Positions 21,900-33,392 of a stretch of DNA of 64,000 nucleotides are shown here, piece by piece (positions within the stretch are counted from its first letter, which is position 1; each line of letters opens with the position of its first letter). The position numbers and the translations under genes were made by a program. Under the pieces are notes generated by a model. It was not told where the DNA came from. It did no database searches and saw only the letters and a program-made list of their open reading frames with translations. The stretch lies in the NCBI RefSeq assembly GCF_048403405.1, contig NZ_CP183129.1, one strand, 5' to 3'. Source of the stretch: Escherichia coli (GTDB taxonomy: Bacteria > Pseudomonadota > Gammaproteobacteria > Enterobacterales > Enterobacteriaceae).

Positions 21900-23311
21900 T
21901 GCGCGCTCCTTTTTCGCCGCGAAATAGCTACATTTTGATGCGTATCGTTCGGCACTCTGGCAAAGATGAACGCCGGAAGGGCAATGATAAACGCCATGCT
22001 AAGCCAGGTGTACATAAAGACGGTTTGTGTGGTGCCGCTGTCGACGCTGACATGCTGCGAACCAAAAAGTCCCAGCAACAGCCCGGCGATGGTGACGCCG
22101 ATACTCATCGACAATTGCATAATCATCGACAGCAGGCTGTTTCCGCTGCTCGCCAGATTGTCCGGGAGATCTTTCAGCGTCAGGGTGTTCATGGAGGAGA
22201 AACGCGTCGAGTTGACCATCCCTTGTAAAAACAGGACGAACGGCAAAACGTAGTACCAGCCCAGCAGGGCGGTAGTCATAAACAACAGGGTGACCAGCGA
22301 CAGACCCAGCGTGGTCGCCACCAGTACCCGACGATAACCAAAGCGATTCACCACCTGTACCACAATTCGCTTCATCCCCATGCTGCCGAGCACCATCGGG
22401 ATCATCATCAGTCCGGCATGAAACGGTGAGAAGCCAAGGCCAATTTGCAGGAAAACCGGCGTCATAAAGGGCAACATGCCGCTACCGATACGTCCGGCAA
22501 AACTCCCCGCCAGGCCCAGCGAAAAGGTACGAGTACGGAACAGTTTCAGACTGAAAAGAGCGCGGTTGTTATTTCTGGCGTGCAGCAGATAAAGCACCAG
22601 TGCTACCACGCCAACTGCGACCAGGCCAGCAATCGCCAGCGGCGATAAACCTGTACCTTTACTGCCGTCCAGCGCCAGGGTTAATACCGCCATGCCAACC
22701 GCCAGCAATAAAAAGCCGAAGAGATCAAAGCGCCGCGTCTGCATGGTGTAGTTCGGCATTAACATCAGTGTGGCGATCGCACCGATAATCCCCACCGGAA
22801 TGTTGATCAAAAAGATCCAGTGCCAGGAGGCGTACTCCACCAGCAGGCCGCCGAGCGCCGGACCGAGCAGCGGCCCGACCTGACCGGGTAACGTGACAAA
22901 GGTCATCGCCGCCATATATTGCTCGCGCGGTACGATTTTCATCACCGTCAACCTGCCGACCGGCACCATCATCGCACCGCCAACGCCCTGTAACGCGCGT
23001 GCCAGCAACAGTTCGTTCAGCGTGCCGGAAAGCGCGCAAAACAGTGAACCGAGAGTAAACAGCACGATGGCGGTAAAGAAAATATTGCGCACGCCGACTT
23101 TGTCCGCCAGCCAGCCGCTGGCAGGCAACATCACCGCCACGGTCAGCACATAAGAGACAATGACCATGTGCATATGCAACGGACTTTCCCCGAGGCTTTG
23201 CGCCATTGAGGGAAGGGCGGTGTTAACGATGGTGGTGTCCAGCGACTGCATAAAGAAGCCGAAAGCCACAATCCACAATTGCCAGCGGGTGCTGTCGGGA
23301 AGATCTGTCAT
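21896..23311 (-). CDS. mdtD: MFS efflux transporter MdtD, 471 aa
   Basis: ORF track; polytopic MFS protein; operon context. Confidence 0.85.
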   Translation of the reverse strand: MTDLPDSTRWQLWIVAFGFFMQSLDTTIVNTALPSMAQSLGESPLHMHMVIVSYVLTVAVMLPASGWLADKVGVRNIFFTAIVLFTLGSLFCALSGTLNELLLARALQGVGGAMMVPVGRLTVMKIVPREQYMAAMTFVTLPGQVGPLLGPALGGLLVEYASWHWIFLINIPVGIIGAIATLMLMPNYTMQTRRFDLFGFLLLAVGMAVLTLALDGSKGTGLSPLAIAGLVAVGVVALVLYLLHARNNNRALFSLKLFRTRTFSLGLAGSFAGRIGSGMLPFMTPVFLQIGLGFSPFHAGLMMIPMVLGSMGMKRIVVQVVNRFGYRRVLVATTLGLSLVTLLFMTTALLGWYYVLPFVLFLQGMVNSTRFSSMNTLTLKDLPDNLASSGNSLLSMIMQLSMSIGVTIAGLLLGLFGSQHVSVDSGTTQTVFMYTWLSMAFIIALPAFIFARVPNDTHQNVAISRRKRSAQ

Positions 23312-26300
23312 TTACTCGGTTACCGTTTGTTTAGGTTTACGCGAAAAACGCAGCCGCAGACGGTCGAAAAAGAGATACACCACCGGCGTGGTATACAGCG
23401 TCAGGAGCTGACTCATTACCAGACCGCCGACAATGGTGATCCCCAGGGGTTGCCGCAGCTCCGAGCCGTCACCGCCCGACAATACCAGCGGCAGCGCGCC
23501 AAACAGTGCTGCCAGGGTGGTCATCATAATCGGGCGAAAACGCAGCAGACAGGCCTGGAAAATAGCTTCCTGCGGCGTCAGGTTACCGTGCCGTTGGGCT
23601 TCAAGCGCAAAATCGACCATCATAATGGCGTTTTTCTTCACGATGCCGATTAATAGCATGATCCCTATCAGGGCGATTAGGCTGAACGGGGCATTGAACA
23701 GCTCCAGCGCCAGCAGCGCTCCAACGCCCGCCGAGGGCAGGGTGGAGAGAATCGTCAGCGGATGTACGTAACTCTCGTAAAGGATACCCAGCACGATATA
23801 CACCGTGGCGATGGCGGCGATAATCAGGATCACCTGCGAGTTCATCGTCTCCTGGAATACCTGCGCCGTGCCGGCAAAACTGCCGCGCACCGTCGAAGGC
23901 ACGCCAAGTTGCGTCATTGCGCGATCGATCGCCGCACTGGCGTCCGAGAGCGATTTCCCGGTCGGCAGGTTGAACGAGATGGTCGAGGCTGCCGATAATC
24001 CCTGATGATTCACCGATAGTGGGGCATTCGCCGGTTGCCATTTAGCGAAATACGACAGCGGGATCGCTTTTCCTTCGTTATTGATAACGAACATTTTTTC
24101 CAGCGCGCTGATGTCCTGGGTATAGCGCGGATCCACTTCCATCACCACTTTATACTGGTTCATCGGCTGGTAAATGGTCGAGATTTGCCGCTGACCGAAG
24201 GCGTTATTTAAAAGGCTGTTGGCGGCCTGTACATCGATTCCCAGCCGTGCCATGGTGTCGCGGTCGTAAACCAGATTCATCTCCGCGCCGTTATCCTGCT
24301 GATCGGAGTTCACGTCCGCCAGTTCCGGCAACGTCGCCAGTTTTTTGCGGATTTTCGGCTCCCATTCGCGCAGTGCCGCCAGGTCGTCGGATAACAACGT
24401 GTACTGGTAGCTGGCGTTCGACTGACGCCCACCAACGCGAATATCCTGTACCGCCATCAGGAACAGATTCGCCCCCGGTTCTTTCGCCAGTTTTACGCGC
24501 AGACGGTCGATAATTTGCTGCGCCGTTTCGCTGCGTTCGTCGCGTGGCTTGAGGGTGATAAACATCATCCCACTGTTCACCCGCGAACCGCCGGTAAAGC
24601 CGGTGACATTATCCACCGCCGGATCGTCACGGATAATTTTCATAAAATCCTGCAACTTACCGCGCATCGCCTGAAACGAAATACTCTGATCCGCCTGTAT
24701 CCCGCCCATCAACACGCCGGTGTCCTGCTCCGGGAAGAAGGTTTTCGGGATCGAGATATACAGCCAGATATTCAGCGCAATGGTGCCAAGCAGCACCACG
24801 CCCACCAGACGGGTATGATTGAGCACCCATTTCAGCGACTTGCCATAGCCTTGTTGCAGGGCTACCAACATGCGACCAAAACCACGCAGTCGCTTTTGCT
24901 CGCGCGGCTTGCTGGCTTTCAGCATCCAGCCACACATCATCGGCGTTAGCGTCAGGGAAACCAGCAACGAAATACCAATGGCGACAGAAAGCGTCACGGC
25001 AAACTCGCGTAACAGTCGGCCCGGCAATCCGCCCATCAACAGCAGCGGTAGGAACACCGCCACCAGTGACAGACTCATCGACAGCACCGTAAAACCGACT
25101 TCGCGAGTACCTTGTAGCGCGGCCTGTAGCGGTTTCATCCCCGCTTCCAGATGACGGGCAATGTTTTCCAGCACCACGATGGCGTCATCCACCACAAAGC
25201 CAGTGGCGATGGTGAGCGCCATTAACGAAAGGTTATTGAGACTGAATCCGCACAGGTACATCGCCGCAAACGTACCAATCAGCGAAACCGGCACCGCAAC
25301 GGCGGGAATAATAGTGGCGCGACCCGAGCGCAGGAATAAAAAGACCACCAGAATCACCAGCGCCACCGAGATAATCAGCGTTTGCTCGACTTCTTCCAGC
25401 GAGGCGCGAATGGTGGGGGAGCGATCCTGGGCAATTTGCAGATCAATTGCCGCCGGAATGGTTTCCTGCAACTCCGGTAATTTTGCCCGGATGCTGTCAA
25501 CCGTCTGGATAATATTGGCTTCCGGCAGCTTGCGGATCATCAGCAAAATAGCCGGTTTGGCGTTGGTCATCCCGGCGTTGCGCACATCCTGCACCGAGTC
25601 GGTCACCGTCGCCACATCGCCCAGACGAACCGCGCCGCCGTTGTTGTAATGAATAATCAGCGGCTGATATTCAGCGGCGGTTTTTAGCTCATCGTTGGTC
25701 TGGATCTGCCAGCGGTGAGTGCTATCTTCCAGCGCCCCCTGCGGTTTACGCACGTTGGCATTGCTGATGGCGCTGCGCACATCGTCCAGCGACACGCCCT
25801 GATTAAACAGCGCCTGCGGATTCAGCCCGACGCGTACGGCGGGCAGCGAGCTGCCGCCAACATCGACATCACCGACACCGTCGATTTGCGAAATCGTCGG
25901 AGCCAGCTGCGTCGAGGCGAAATCGTACAGTTCACCCTGCGAATAAGTATCGGACGTTAGCGTGAGGATCATAATTGGCGCATCCGACGGGTTCGCTTTG
26001 CGATAGGTCGGGCGGCTGGGCATCCCGCTGGGCAGCAAACTTTGTGCAGCGTTGATCGCCGCCTGCACATCGCGCGCTGCGCCGTTGATATCCCGGTCAA
26101 AATCAAACTGCAAAATAATGCGCGTGCTGCCGAGCGAACTACTGGAGGTCATTTCACTAACCCCGGCAATGCGCCCAAGTGAGCGCTCCAGCGGCGTGGC
26201 AACGGAAGACGCCATTGTTTCTGGTGACGCACCGGGCAGCGAGGCGCTGACCATAATCACCGGAAAATCGACCTGCGGCAGCGGGGCGACCGGCAGCATA

Positions 26301-26389
26301 CGGAAGCCCAGTATGCCGCACAGGGTAATGGCGACCGACAGTAAAATCGTCGCCACCGGGCGGTAAATGAAGAGGGCAAAAAACTTCAC
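23312..26389 (-). CDS. mdtC: RND multidrug efflux pump subunit MdtC, 1025 aa
   Basis: ORF track; AcrB-like sequence; abuts mdtD and mdtB. Confidence 0.9.
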   Translation of the reverse strand: MKFFALFIYRPVATILLSVAITLCGILGFRMLPVAPLPQVDFPVIMVSASLPGASPETMASSVATPLERSLGRIAGVSEMTSSSSLGSTRIILQFDFDRDINGAARDVQAAINAAQSLLPSGMPSRPTYRKANPSDAPIMILTLTSDTYSQGELYDFASTQLAPTISQIDGVGDVDVGGSSLPAVRVGLNPQALFNQGVSLDDVRSAISNANVRKPQGALEDSTHRWQIQTNDELKTAAEYQPLIIHYNNGGAVRLGDVATVTDSVQDVRNAGMTNAKPAILLMIRKLPEANIIQTVDSIRAKLPELQETIPAAIDLQIAQDRSPTIRASLEEVEQTLIISVALVILVVFLFLRSGRATIIPAVAVPVSLIGTFAAMYLCGFSLNNLSLMALTIATGFVVDDAIVVLENIARHLEAGMKPLQAALQGTREVGFTVLSMSLSLVAVFLPLLLMGGLPGRLLREFAVTLSVAIGISLLVSLTLTPMMCGWMLKASKPREQKRLRGFGRMLVALQQGYGKSLKWVLNHTRLVGVVLLGTIALNIWLYISIPKTFFPEQDTGVLMGGIQADQSISFQAMRGKLQDFMKIIRDDPAVDNVTGFTGGSRVNSGMMFITLKPRDERSETAQQIIDRLRVKLAKEPGANLFLMAVQDIRVGGRQSNASYQYTLLSDDLAALREWEPKIRKKLATLPELADVNSDQQDNGAEMNLVYDRDTMARLGIDVQAANSLLNNAFGQRQISTIYQPMNQYKVVMEVDPRYTQDISALEKMFVINNEGKAIPLSYFAKWQPANAPLSVNHQGLSAASTISFNLPTGKSLSDASAAIDRAMTQLGVPSTVRGSFAGTAQVFQETMNSQVILIIAAIATVYIVLGILYESYVHPLTILSTLPSAGVGALLALELFNAPFSLIALIGIMLLIGIVKKNAIMMVDFALEAQRHGNLTPQEAIFQACLLRFRPIMMTTLAALFGALPLVLSGGDGSELRQPLGITIVGGLVMSQLLTLYTTPVVYLFFDRLRLRFSRKPKQTVTE

Positions 26390-29300
26390 TTACGCCTCCT
26401 CTTCATGACGGGCAAAGCGGCTTTTGGTCCACAATGCCAGGCGGTCGAATAGCAGATAAATCACTGGCGTGGTAAACAGAGTCAGCACCTGGCTGACAAT
26501 CAGACCGCCGACCATGCCGATACCTAACGGACGACGCAGTTCCGCGCCGACCCCGGTACTCAACATCAGCGGCAGCGCGCCAAGCAGTGCCGCCAGAGTG
26601 GTCATCAGGATCGGACGAAAACGCAACAGACAAGCCTGGTAAATAGCTTCGCGCGGCGACATGCCTTGCTCGCGCTCAGCAGCCAGCGCGAAGTCGATCA
26701 TCATGATGGCGTTCTTCTTCACGATACCGATTAGCAAAATAATGCCGATAATTGCAATCACATCCAGTTCGCTACCGGCAATCATTAACGCCAGCAGTGC
26801 GCCGACCCCTGCGGTGGGTAGCGTCGAGAGAATGGTGATCGGGTGAATAAAGCTCTCGTACAGAATGCCGAGCACGATATACATCGCCACCACCGCCGCG
26901 ACAATCAGCCAGACAGTGCTGCCCAGCGCCGACTGGAAGGCGAGGGTGCTGCCCTGGAACTGCGTGGTGATATCCACTGGCAGATTCAGCGTCTTTTCGG
27001 TGTCCATAATCGCCTGCACCGCATCGCCCAGCGAATAGTTATCCGGTACGTTAAAGGAGATGGTCGTTACCGGGAACTGATCCAGATGGTTGATGGAAAG
27101 CGGCGCAAAACGCTGCTCAATTTTGGCAATTGAGCTTAACGGCACCACGCCACCGTCGCTGCTGGTCAGGCGAATGGTATCCAGCGCCGCAAGCCCTGGG
27201 GTATTTTCGGTATTGTGCTCCAGCACCACGCGATACTGGTTGGCCTGAGTATAAATGGTGGAAATCAGCCGCTGACCAAACGCGTTGTACAGGGCGTTAT
27301 CGACATCCGCCATACTGATCCCCAGACGGCTGGCGCTGTCCCTGTCGACATTGACATACGCCACCAGCCCTTTGTCCTGCCAGTCGCTGGAGACATCAGA
27401 AAGCTGTGGCAGCTGCTGGAGTTTTTCCATCAACTGTGGCACCCAGGTACTGAGCGCATCCAGTGACGTGGCCTGCAAGGTAAACTGGTACTGGGTGCGG
27501 CTGACCTGAGTATCGATGGTCAGGTCCTGCGTTGGTTGCAGGAAGAGATCGACGCCCGGCACTTTATCCACCGCCGTTTGCAGACGGGCGATGACTTTTT
27601 GCACCCGGTCATCTCGTTCATCCAGTGGTTTGAGGTTGATCTGCAAACGCGCACTGTTCAGCGACGGGTTAGTGCCATCAACGCCAACAAATGAGGTCAG
27701 GCTTTGCACTGCCGGATCCTGCAAAATCACATCCGCGACCTGGCGTTGCCGCTGGGCCATATTGGCAAAGGAGCTGGATTGCGGTGCCTGCAAAGTGCCC
27801 TGAATAATGCCGTTGTCCTGTACCGGGAAGAAACCTTTCGGAATGAATACCCACAAGAGAACACTAAGCAGCAGCGTGCTGAGTGCCACGCTTAAGGTCA
27901 GCCACGGATGATTCAGCACTTTCGCCAGTCCACGACCATAGGCGGCGATTATCCTGTCGAACATTTTCTCCGAGGCTCGGGAGAAGCGATTCTGTTTACG
28001 CAGCGACTCCTGGCTGAGCATCCGCGCGCACATCATCGGCGTCAGAGTCAGCGACACCACGGCTGAGATCAAAATCGCGACTGCCAGAGTAATAGCAAAT
28101 TCGCGGAACAGTCGCCCGACGATATCGCCCATAAATAGCAGTGGGATCAACACTGCAATCAGTGAGAAGGTCAGCGAGATAATGGTAAAGCCGATTTCAC
28201 CCGCGCCTTTGAGCGCCGCCGCCAACGGTTTTTCGCCTTTTTCGATATAGCGGGAAATGTTTTCGATCACCACGATGGCGTCATCGACCACAAATCCGGT
28301 GGCGATAGTTAACGCCATCAGCGTCAGGTTATTGATTGAAAAATCGAGAAACACCATGACCGCGAAGGTGCCGATTAACGACAGCGGCACTGCGACGCCG
28401 GGAATGATAGTCGCCGGAATATTACGCAAAAACAGGTAGATAATCATGACTACCAGCGCGATAGCCATCATCAATTCAAACTGAGTATCATCGACGGATG
28501 CGCGAATATTGGTGGTACGGTCAGAAAGTACCGTCACTTTTACCGATTTCGGCAAACTCTCGGTGAGTTGTGGCAGCATCTGCCGGATGCTGTCGGCGGT
28601 GGAGATAATGTTAGCACCGGGCTGGCGCTGAACATTCATCACGATGGCCTGTTCTTTGTTCGCCCACGCGCCGAGCCAGCTGTTTTCTGCGCCTTGTTCT
28701 ACGGTTGCGACATCGCCAAGACGAATCGGCGCGCCGTTCTGGTAGGCGATGATCAGCTGGCGATACTCTTCGGCGGATTGCATCTGGTCGTTCGCGGAAA
28801 GCGTGACCGCACGGGAAGGGCCGTCGAGGCTACCTTTTGCCGAGTTAACGTTAGCGCCGGTAATAGCGGTGCGCACGGTTTCGCTGGTCAGGCCGAGGGC
28901 GGCAATCGCCTGAGCGTTAAGTTTGACACGAACAGCCGGACGCTGGCCGCCGGAAAGCGTCACCAGGCCGACACCGGAAATCTGCGAGATTTTCTGCGCG
29001 ACGCGGGTTTCCACCATATCTTCCACTTGCGTCATTGGCATGGCGGTTGAGGTGACGGCGAGCGTCATGATTGGTGGATCTGCCGGGTTCACTTTGCTGT
29101 AAACCGGCGGGTTAGGCAGATCGCTCGGCAACAAGTTGGTCGCAGCGTTAATCGCGGCCTGCACTTCCTGCTCGGCGACATCCAGCGGTAATGTTAGCTG
29201 GAACTGTAAGGTGATAACTGACGCACCGCCGGAACTTTGCGACGACATCTGTTTCAGGCCAGACATCTGCCCAAACTGGCGTTCAAGCGGCGCGGTAACG

Positions 29301-29512
29301 GCAGAGGTCATGACATCCGGGCTCGCACCTGGGTAGAGCGTGACTACCTGAATGGTCGGATAGTCCACTTCCGGCAGCGCCGAAACGGGCAGGGCTCTAT
29401 AACCGATAATCCCAGCGAGTAAGATCGCCACCATCAGCAGCGTGGTGGCGACAGGACGCATAATAAACAGGCGCGACGGGCCGCCTGTGCTGCTCGGGGG
29501 TAACACCTGCAT
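26390..29512 (-). CDS. mdtB: RND multidrug efflux pump subunit MdtB, 1040 aa
   Basis: ORF track; AcrB-like paralogue of mdtC. Confidence 0.9.
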   Translation of the reverse strand: MQVLPPSSTGGPSRLFIMRPVATTLLMVAILLAGIIGYRALPVSALPEVDYPTIQVVTLYPGASPDVMTSAVTAPLERQFGQMSGLKQMSSQSSGGASVITLQFQLTLPLDVAEQEVQAAINAATNLLPSDLPNPPVYSKVNPADPPIMTLAVTSTAMPMTQVEDMVETRVAQKISQISGVGLVTLSGGQRPAVRVKLNAQAIAALGLTSETVRTAITGANVNSAKGSLDGPSRAVTLSANDQMQSAEEYRQLIIAYQNGAPIRLGDVATVEQGAENSWLGAWANKEQAIVMNVQRQPGANIISTADSIRQMLPQLTESLPKSVKVTVLSDRTTNIRASVDDTQFELMMAIALVVMIIYLFLRNIPATIIPGVAVPLSLIGTFAVMVFLDFSINNLTLMALTIATGFVVDDAIVVIENISRYIEKGEKPLAAALKGAGEIGFTIISLTFSLIAVLIPLLFMGDIVGRLFREFAITLAVAILISAVVSLTLTPMMCARMLSQESLRKQNRFSRASEKMFDRIIAAYGRGLAKVLNHPWLTLSVALSTLLLSVLLWVFIPKGFFPVQDNGIIQGTLQAPQSSSFANMAQRQRQVADVILQDPAVQSLTSFVGVDGTNPSLNSARLQINLKPLDERDDRVQKVIARLQTAVDKVPGVDLFLQPTQDLTIDTQVSRTQYQFTLQATSLDALSTWVPQLMEKLQQLPQLSDVSSDWQDKGLVAYVNVDRDSASRLGISMADVDNALYNAFGQRLISTIYTQANQYRVVLEHNTENTPGLAALDTIRLTSSDGGVVPLSSIAKIEQRFAPLSINHLDQFPVTTISFNVPDNYSLGDAVQAIMDTEKTLNLPVDITTQFQGSTLAFQSALGSTVWLIVAAVVAMYIVLGILYESFIHPITILSTLPTAGVGALLALMIAGSELDVIAIIGIILLIGIVKKNAIMMIDFALAAEREQGMSPREAIYQACLLRFRPILMTTLAALLGALPLMLSTGVGAELRRPLGIGMVGGLIVSQVLTLFTTPVIYLLFDRLALWTKSRFARHEEEA

Positions 29513-30759
29513 CAGGAGCGTGCTCCTTTTTTCGCGTATTCGCGGCTGGTGGCTTTCTCTTCCGGAGTGGTGGCGCTCTGGGCTTCCACTACTTCCACTT
29601 TCGCCCCTTCGGTCAGGCGATCAATGCCGTCTGTCACTACGCGGTCGCCCGCAGAAATACCTGCGCGGATCACCACTTTCTGACTGTCCTGAATGCCCGG
29701 CGTCACCAGATGTTTGCTGACCTTGTTTTCGCTATTCAGCACCCAGACAAAATGGCCTTCGTTGCCCATTTGCAGAGCGGCGGTGGGGATCACCACGGCG
29801 TTTTGTTCGGTGTCGACTAACATACGCGCGTTAACAAACTGATTGGGAAACAGCGCATCATCCTGATTATTAAAGCGTGCTTTCACTTTAATCGTACCGG
29901 TAGTGGCATCGATTTGGTTATCGAGGCTTAACAGCGTGCCTTCACTTAATTTCTTCGAGTTGGTGCGATCCCAGGCTTCTACCACCAGCGGTTTTCCGGT
30001 TTTTTGCGCCTGTACTACGGTAGCGATATCGCTTTCCGGCAGGGTAAAGAGCAAATCGATAGGATGCGTCTGGGTGATCACCACAATCCCGGTGGTATCA
30101 CCACTGGAGATTTGGTTACCAACATCAACCTGCTTGAGACCAACGCGACCATCGATTGGTGCGGTGATGCGGCTCCAGTCGAGCTGCAGCTGCGCGCTGG
30201 CGACGCTTGCTTCATCAGCCTTAATGGTGCCTTCGGTTTCACTGACCAGCGCCTGTTGGGCATCCAGCTCCTGGCGGGAGACAAGATTGGTTTTTGCCAG
30301 TTGTTGATAACGCGCCAGGTCACGGCGGGCGTTGGCAAGCGTGGCTTTATCTTTTGCCAGTTGGCCCTGGGCTTGTGCTAATGCAACTTTGAACTGGCTT
30401 GGGTCAATTTCTGCCAGTAAATCGCCTGCTTTGACCTGCTGGCCTTCCTGGAAATGTAACGCCATCAGTTGACCGTCCACGCGGCTGCGCACCGTAACGG
30501 TATTAGCGGCGGTAATGGTGCCAAGCCCGGTGAGATAACGTGGCACAGCTTGTTCTACGGCAGTCGCCGCCTGAACCGGGGCTAATGGGCCGGCACGCAT
30601 ACCACGGCGACCACCCGCTGGCGATTGCTGCGCTTGTTTCGTCGCCCCTGGGGCTGCACTCTGGGAGTCATTGCGGCCTTGCCAGAACCAGAATGCGGCG
30701 ATGGCGGCGATAACCAACACGATTACGATTACCCAACGGGATTTATAACTGCCTTTCAT
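29512..30759 (-). CDS. mdtA: Membrane fusion (periplasmic adaptor) protein MdtA, 415 aa
   Basis: ORF 29512..30906; start moved to MKGSYKSRW to match MdtA length as recalled. Confidence 0.85.
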   Translation of the reverse strand: MKGSYKSRWVIVIVLVIAAIAAFWFWQGRNDSQSAAPGATKQAQQSPAGGRRGMRAGPLAPVQAATAVEQAVPRYLTGLGTITAANTVTVRSRVDGQLMALHFQEGQQVKAGDLLAEIDPSQFKVALAQAQGQLAKDKATLANARRDLARYQQLAKTNLVSRQELDAQQALVSETEGTIKADEASVASAQLQLDWSRITAPIDGRVGLKQVDVGNQISSGDTTGIVVITQTHPIDLLFTLPESDIATVVQAQKTGKPLVVEAWDRTNSKKLSEGTLLSLDNQIDATTGTIKVKARFNNQDDALFPNQFVNARMLVDTEQNAVVIPTAALQMGNEGHFVWVLNSENKVSKHLVTPGIQDSQKVVIRAGISAGDRVVTDGIDRLTEGAKVEVVEAQSATTPEEKATSREYAKKGARS

Positions 30760-30812
30760 CGTTAAGAGTTTCTCTTCCTGAAACGTTTCACGGAATGATA
30801 CTAGTGTAGCCA

Positions 30813-30830
30813 GCCAATAAGGGAGAAAAA
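30813..30830 (-). promoter_or_regulatory. BaeR box upstream of mdtA (TTTTTCTCCCTTATTGGC on the minus strand)
   Basis: 17/18 match to the BaeR consensus TTTTTCTCCATDATTGGC as recalled; about 55 bp upstream of the mdtA start. Confidence 0.6.
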
Positions 30831-30989
30831 TGGAGGAATTATGAAACACTGTCGGGAATCGTCTGAATGACGGGCACATTTGCGAGCACGCATCCAGTAA
30901 TAACACATGAAACTATTTTATCTGCAAGTTAGCGATAGACTGCTTGCATGGCGAAAGGAGGTAAGCCGCCGTTTTCAGCGGGACGCTGA

Positions 30990-31128
30990 AACGGGAAAGC
31001 CCCTCCCGAGGAAGGGGCCTTAAATAAGGAAAGGGTCATGATGAAGCTACTCATCATCGTGGTGCTCTTAGTGATTAGCTACCCAGCATACTAAGACTAC
31101 CAGGGCGGGGGAAACCCCGCTCTACCCT
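30990..31128 (-). ncRNA. Sib-family antisense sRNA (type I antitoxin), copy 1; ends approximate
   Basis: Minus-strand promoter-like TTGACA-17-TACTTT near 31135..31165 and hairpin gcccct/aggggc plus U-rich tail near 30995..31018; fully overlaps ibs copy 1. Confidence 0.5.
31038..31094 (+). CDS. Ibs-family type I toxin peptide, copy 1 (MMKLLIIVVLLVISYPAY)
   Basis: 18-codon ORF with SD aaggaaagggtc upstream; Ibs-like hydrophobic peptide. Confidence 0.75.
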   Translation: MMKLLIIVVLLVISYPAY

Positions 31129-31317
31129 CACTCCTGAAAGTATGCCTTCACGATAAGATTGTCAATCTGCAGGCTTTGCAGTCTGCGATCCTGCCAGCAA
31201 ATATTCTTTGCGAGACGTTACGCAATAATCACACTGGAAACTATTTTATCCGCAAGTCAGCGATAGACTGCATACAGGGCGAAAGGAGGTAAGCCGACGA
31301 TTTCAGCGGGACGCTGA

Positions 31318-31456
31318 AACGGGAAAGCCCCTCCCGAGGAAGGGGCCTTAAATAAGGAAAGGGTCATGATGAAGATACTCATCATCGTGGTGCTCTTAGT
31401 GATTAGCTACCCAGCATACTAAGACTACCAGGGCGGGGGAAACCCCGCTCTACCCT
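31318..31456 (-). ncRNA. Sib-family antisense sRNA, copy 2; ends approximate
   Basis: Same elements at equivalent positions in repeat unit 2. Confidence 0.5.
31366..31422 (+). CDS. Ibs-family type I toxin peptide, copy 2 (MMKILIIVVLLVISYPAY)
   Basis: Same position within repeat unit 2. Confidence 0.75.
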   Translation: MMKILIIVVLLVISYPAY

Positions 31457-31646
31457 CACTCCTGAAAGTATGCCTTCACGATAAGATTGTCAATCCGCAG
31501 GCTTTGCAGTCTGCGATCCTGCCAGCAAATATTCTTTGCGAGTCGTTACGCAATAATCACAGAGGAAACTATTTTGGTCACGCGTTAGCGATAGACTGCA
31601 TTCAGGGCGAAAGGAGGTAAGCCGACGATTTCAGCGGGACGCTGAA

Positions 31647-31790
31647 ACGGGAAACCCTCTCCCGGAGAAGAGGGCTTTTAATAAGGAAAGGGTTATGATG
31701 AAGCACGTCATCATACTGGAGATACTCTTAGTGATTAGCTTCCAGGCTTACTAAGAACACCAGGGGGAGGGAGAAACCTCTCCCTAACCC
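31647..31790 (-). ncRNA. Sib-family antisense sRNA, copy 3; ends approximate
   Basis: Equivalent position in unit 3; minus-strand TTGACA-17-TAATTT promoter-like element near 31800..31830. Confidence 0.45.
31695..31754 (+). CDS. Ibs-family type I toxin peptide, copy 3 (MMKHVIILEILLVISFQAY), IbsA-like but with an internal Glu
   Basis: 19-codon ORF in repeat unit 3; GAG codon read directly from sequence. Confidence 0.7.
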   Translation: MMKHVIILEILLVISFQAY

Positions 31791-31974
31791 TCACTCCTGA
31801 AATTATGTCACTCCGCCCTTAGTGTCAATCGACGGCTCTCCGTTCTTGCGAGGCGAATAGCAAAATTTTCTGCGCCGCCGGGCCTAATTCTGAAAGTTTC
31901 TTCGTTTGCTCTTATTTCATTATTGCAATCGGTATGATACCGGGCCTCAATAATTCTCTAAGAAAGGATTTCTT

Positions 31975-32634
31975 ATGAGCGAACAAATCACGTTTGCCAC
32001 CAGCGATTTTGCCAGTAACCCGGAACCACGTTGCCCCTGCATTTTGCTGCTGGATGTTTCTGGTTCTATGAACGGTAGACCTATTAATGAACTTAACGCC
32101 GGATTGGTTACCTTTCGCGATGAGCTGCTTGCCGATTCGCTGGCCTTAAAAAGAGTGGAACTCGGCATTGTGACGTTCGGCCCGGTGCATGTGGAACAAC
32201 CCTTTACCAGCGCCGCTAATTTTTTCCCGCCCATCCTGTTTGCCCAGGGCGATACACCAATGGGCGCTGCCATTACCAAAGCCCTGGATATGGTAGAGGA
32301 GCGGAAACGTGAGTATCGTGCAAATGGTATTTCGTATTATCGCCCGTGGATTTTCCTGATCACCGATGGCGCTCCAACCGATGAGTGGCAGGCTGCCGCC
32401 AACAAAGTGTTTCAGGGGGAAGAAGATAAGAAGTTTGCCTTCTTTTCCATCGGTGTTCAGGGGGCGGATATGAAGACTTTGGCACAAATCAGCGTTCGTC
32501 AGCCTTTGCCACTGCAGGGATTACAATTCCGTGAACTGTTTAGCTGGTTATCCAGTTCGCTGCGTTCGGTTTCCCGCTCCACGCCGGGAACGGAAGTTGT
32601 GCTGGAAGCGCCAAAAGGCTGGACGTCAGTGTGA
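31975..32634 (+). CDS. yegL: von Willebrand factor A (TerY-like) domain protein with MIDAS motif, 219 aa
   Basis: ORF track; DVSGS MIDAS motif at nt 32053..32067; matches YegL as recalled. Confidence 0.8.
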   Translation: MSEQITFATSDFASNPEPRCPCILLLDVSGSMNGRPINELNAGLVTFRDELLADSLALKRVELGIVTFGPVHVEQPFTSAANFFPPILFAQGDTPMGAAITKALDMVEERKREYRANGISYYRPWIFLITDGAPTDEWQAAANKVFQGEEDKKFAFFSIGVQGADMKTLAQISVRQPLPLQGLQFRELFSWLSSSLRSVSRSTPGTEVVLEAPKGWTSV

Positions 32635-33392
32635 GCTGGCGTCTGGTCTATGCATCAACCGTTGGAACGTCGCACATCAGCGCGGACTTGCCTTGCCAGG
32701 ATGCCTGCCAGATGCAGGTTGCCTGGTTAAATGACCAGCAGCCATTATTGTCGGTATTTGTCGCCGATGGCGCAGGTAGCGTCTCGCAGGGTGGCGAAGG
32801 TGCGGAGCTTGCCGTTAATGAAGCGATGGCTTATATGATGCAAAAATTGCAGGGCGGGGAATTGGGGCTTAATGATGTCCTCGCAACGGATATTGTGCTG
32901 ACCGTTCGTCAGCGACTTTTTGCCGAGGCGGAAGCCAAAGAATTAGCTGTTCGCGATTTTGCCTGCACGTTTATGGGATTGATTTCATCAGCTAATGGCA
33001 CCCTGATTATGCAGATTGGCGATGGCGGCGTGGTGGTAGATTTGGGGCACGGTCTGCAACTGCCGCTCACGCCGATGGTAGGTGAATATGCCAATATGAC
33101 ACACTTCATTACTGATGAAGATGCCGTTTCCAGACTGGAAACTTTCACCAGCACTGAGCGTGCGCATAAAGTTGCAGCATTTACGGATGGTATCCAGCGG
33201 CTGGCGTTAAATATGCTGGATAATTCTCCCCATGTGCCTTTCTTTACCCCGTTTTTCAATGGGCTGGCGTCAGCAACGCAGGAACAACTCGATTTATTAC
33301 CTGAATTGTTAAAGCAGTTTTTGTCCAGCCCGGCGGTAAACGAGCGTACGGATGATGATAAAACGTTGGCACTGGCGCTGTGGTTACCATGA
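32631..33392 (+). CDS. yegK: PP2C-family Ser/Thr protein phosphatase, 253 aa, GTG start
   Basis: ORF track; GTGA overlap with the yegL stop; PP2C-like Asp-rich motifs (VADGAGS, GDGG); YegK (PphC) as recalled. Confidence 0.8.
   Translation: MSWRLVYASTVGTSHISADLPCQDACQMQVAWLNDQQPLLSVFVADGAGSVSQGGEGAELAVNEAMAYMMQKLQGGELGLNDVLATDIVLTVRQRLFAEAEAKELAVRDFACTFMGLISSANGTLIMQIGDGGVVVDLGHGLQLPLTPMVGEYANMTHFITDEDAVSRLETFTSTERAHKVAAFTDGIQRLALNMLDNSPHVPFFTPFFNGLASATQEQLDLLPELLKQFLSSPAVNERTDDDKTLALALWLP

Larger units (their letters stand above)
30910..31895. repeat. Three tandem direct repeats of about 328-329 bp, each carrying an ibs toxin ORF and an antisense Sib sRNA
   Basis: Unit start aaactatttt(a/g)tc recurs at 30910, 31238 and 31567; the units are highly similar by eye. 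Confidence 0.85.

Noticed and set aside
23433-29422. Many 60-160 aa ORFs on both strands inside mdtC and mdtB
   Set aside because: All are nested within two long conserved RND transporter genes; none has its own SD or recognisable fold
23312-29512. mdtB and mdtC as a recent tandem duplication or repeat
   Set aside because: They are diverged paralogues that form the known MdtBC heteromultimer, not a recent duplication; the nucleotide sequences are not near-identical by eye
30910-31895. Possible CRISPR array because of regularly spaced repeats
   Set aside because: Repeat unit is about 329 bp, not 25-50 bp; the units contain an ORF and an antisense RNA and there are no unique spacers or cas genes. 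It is an ibs/sib array
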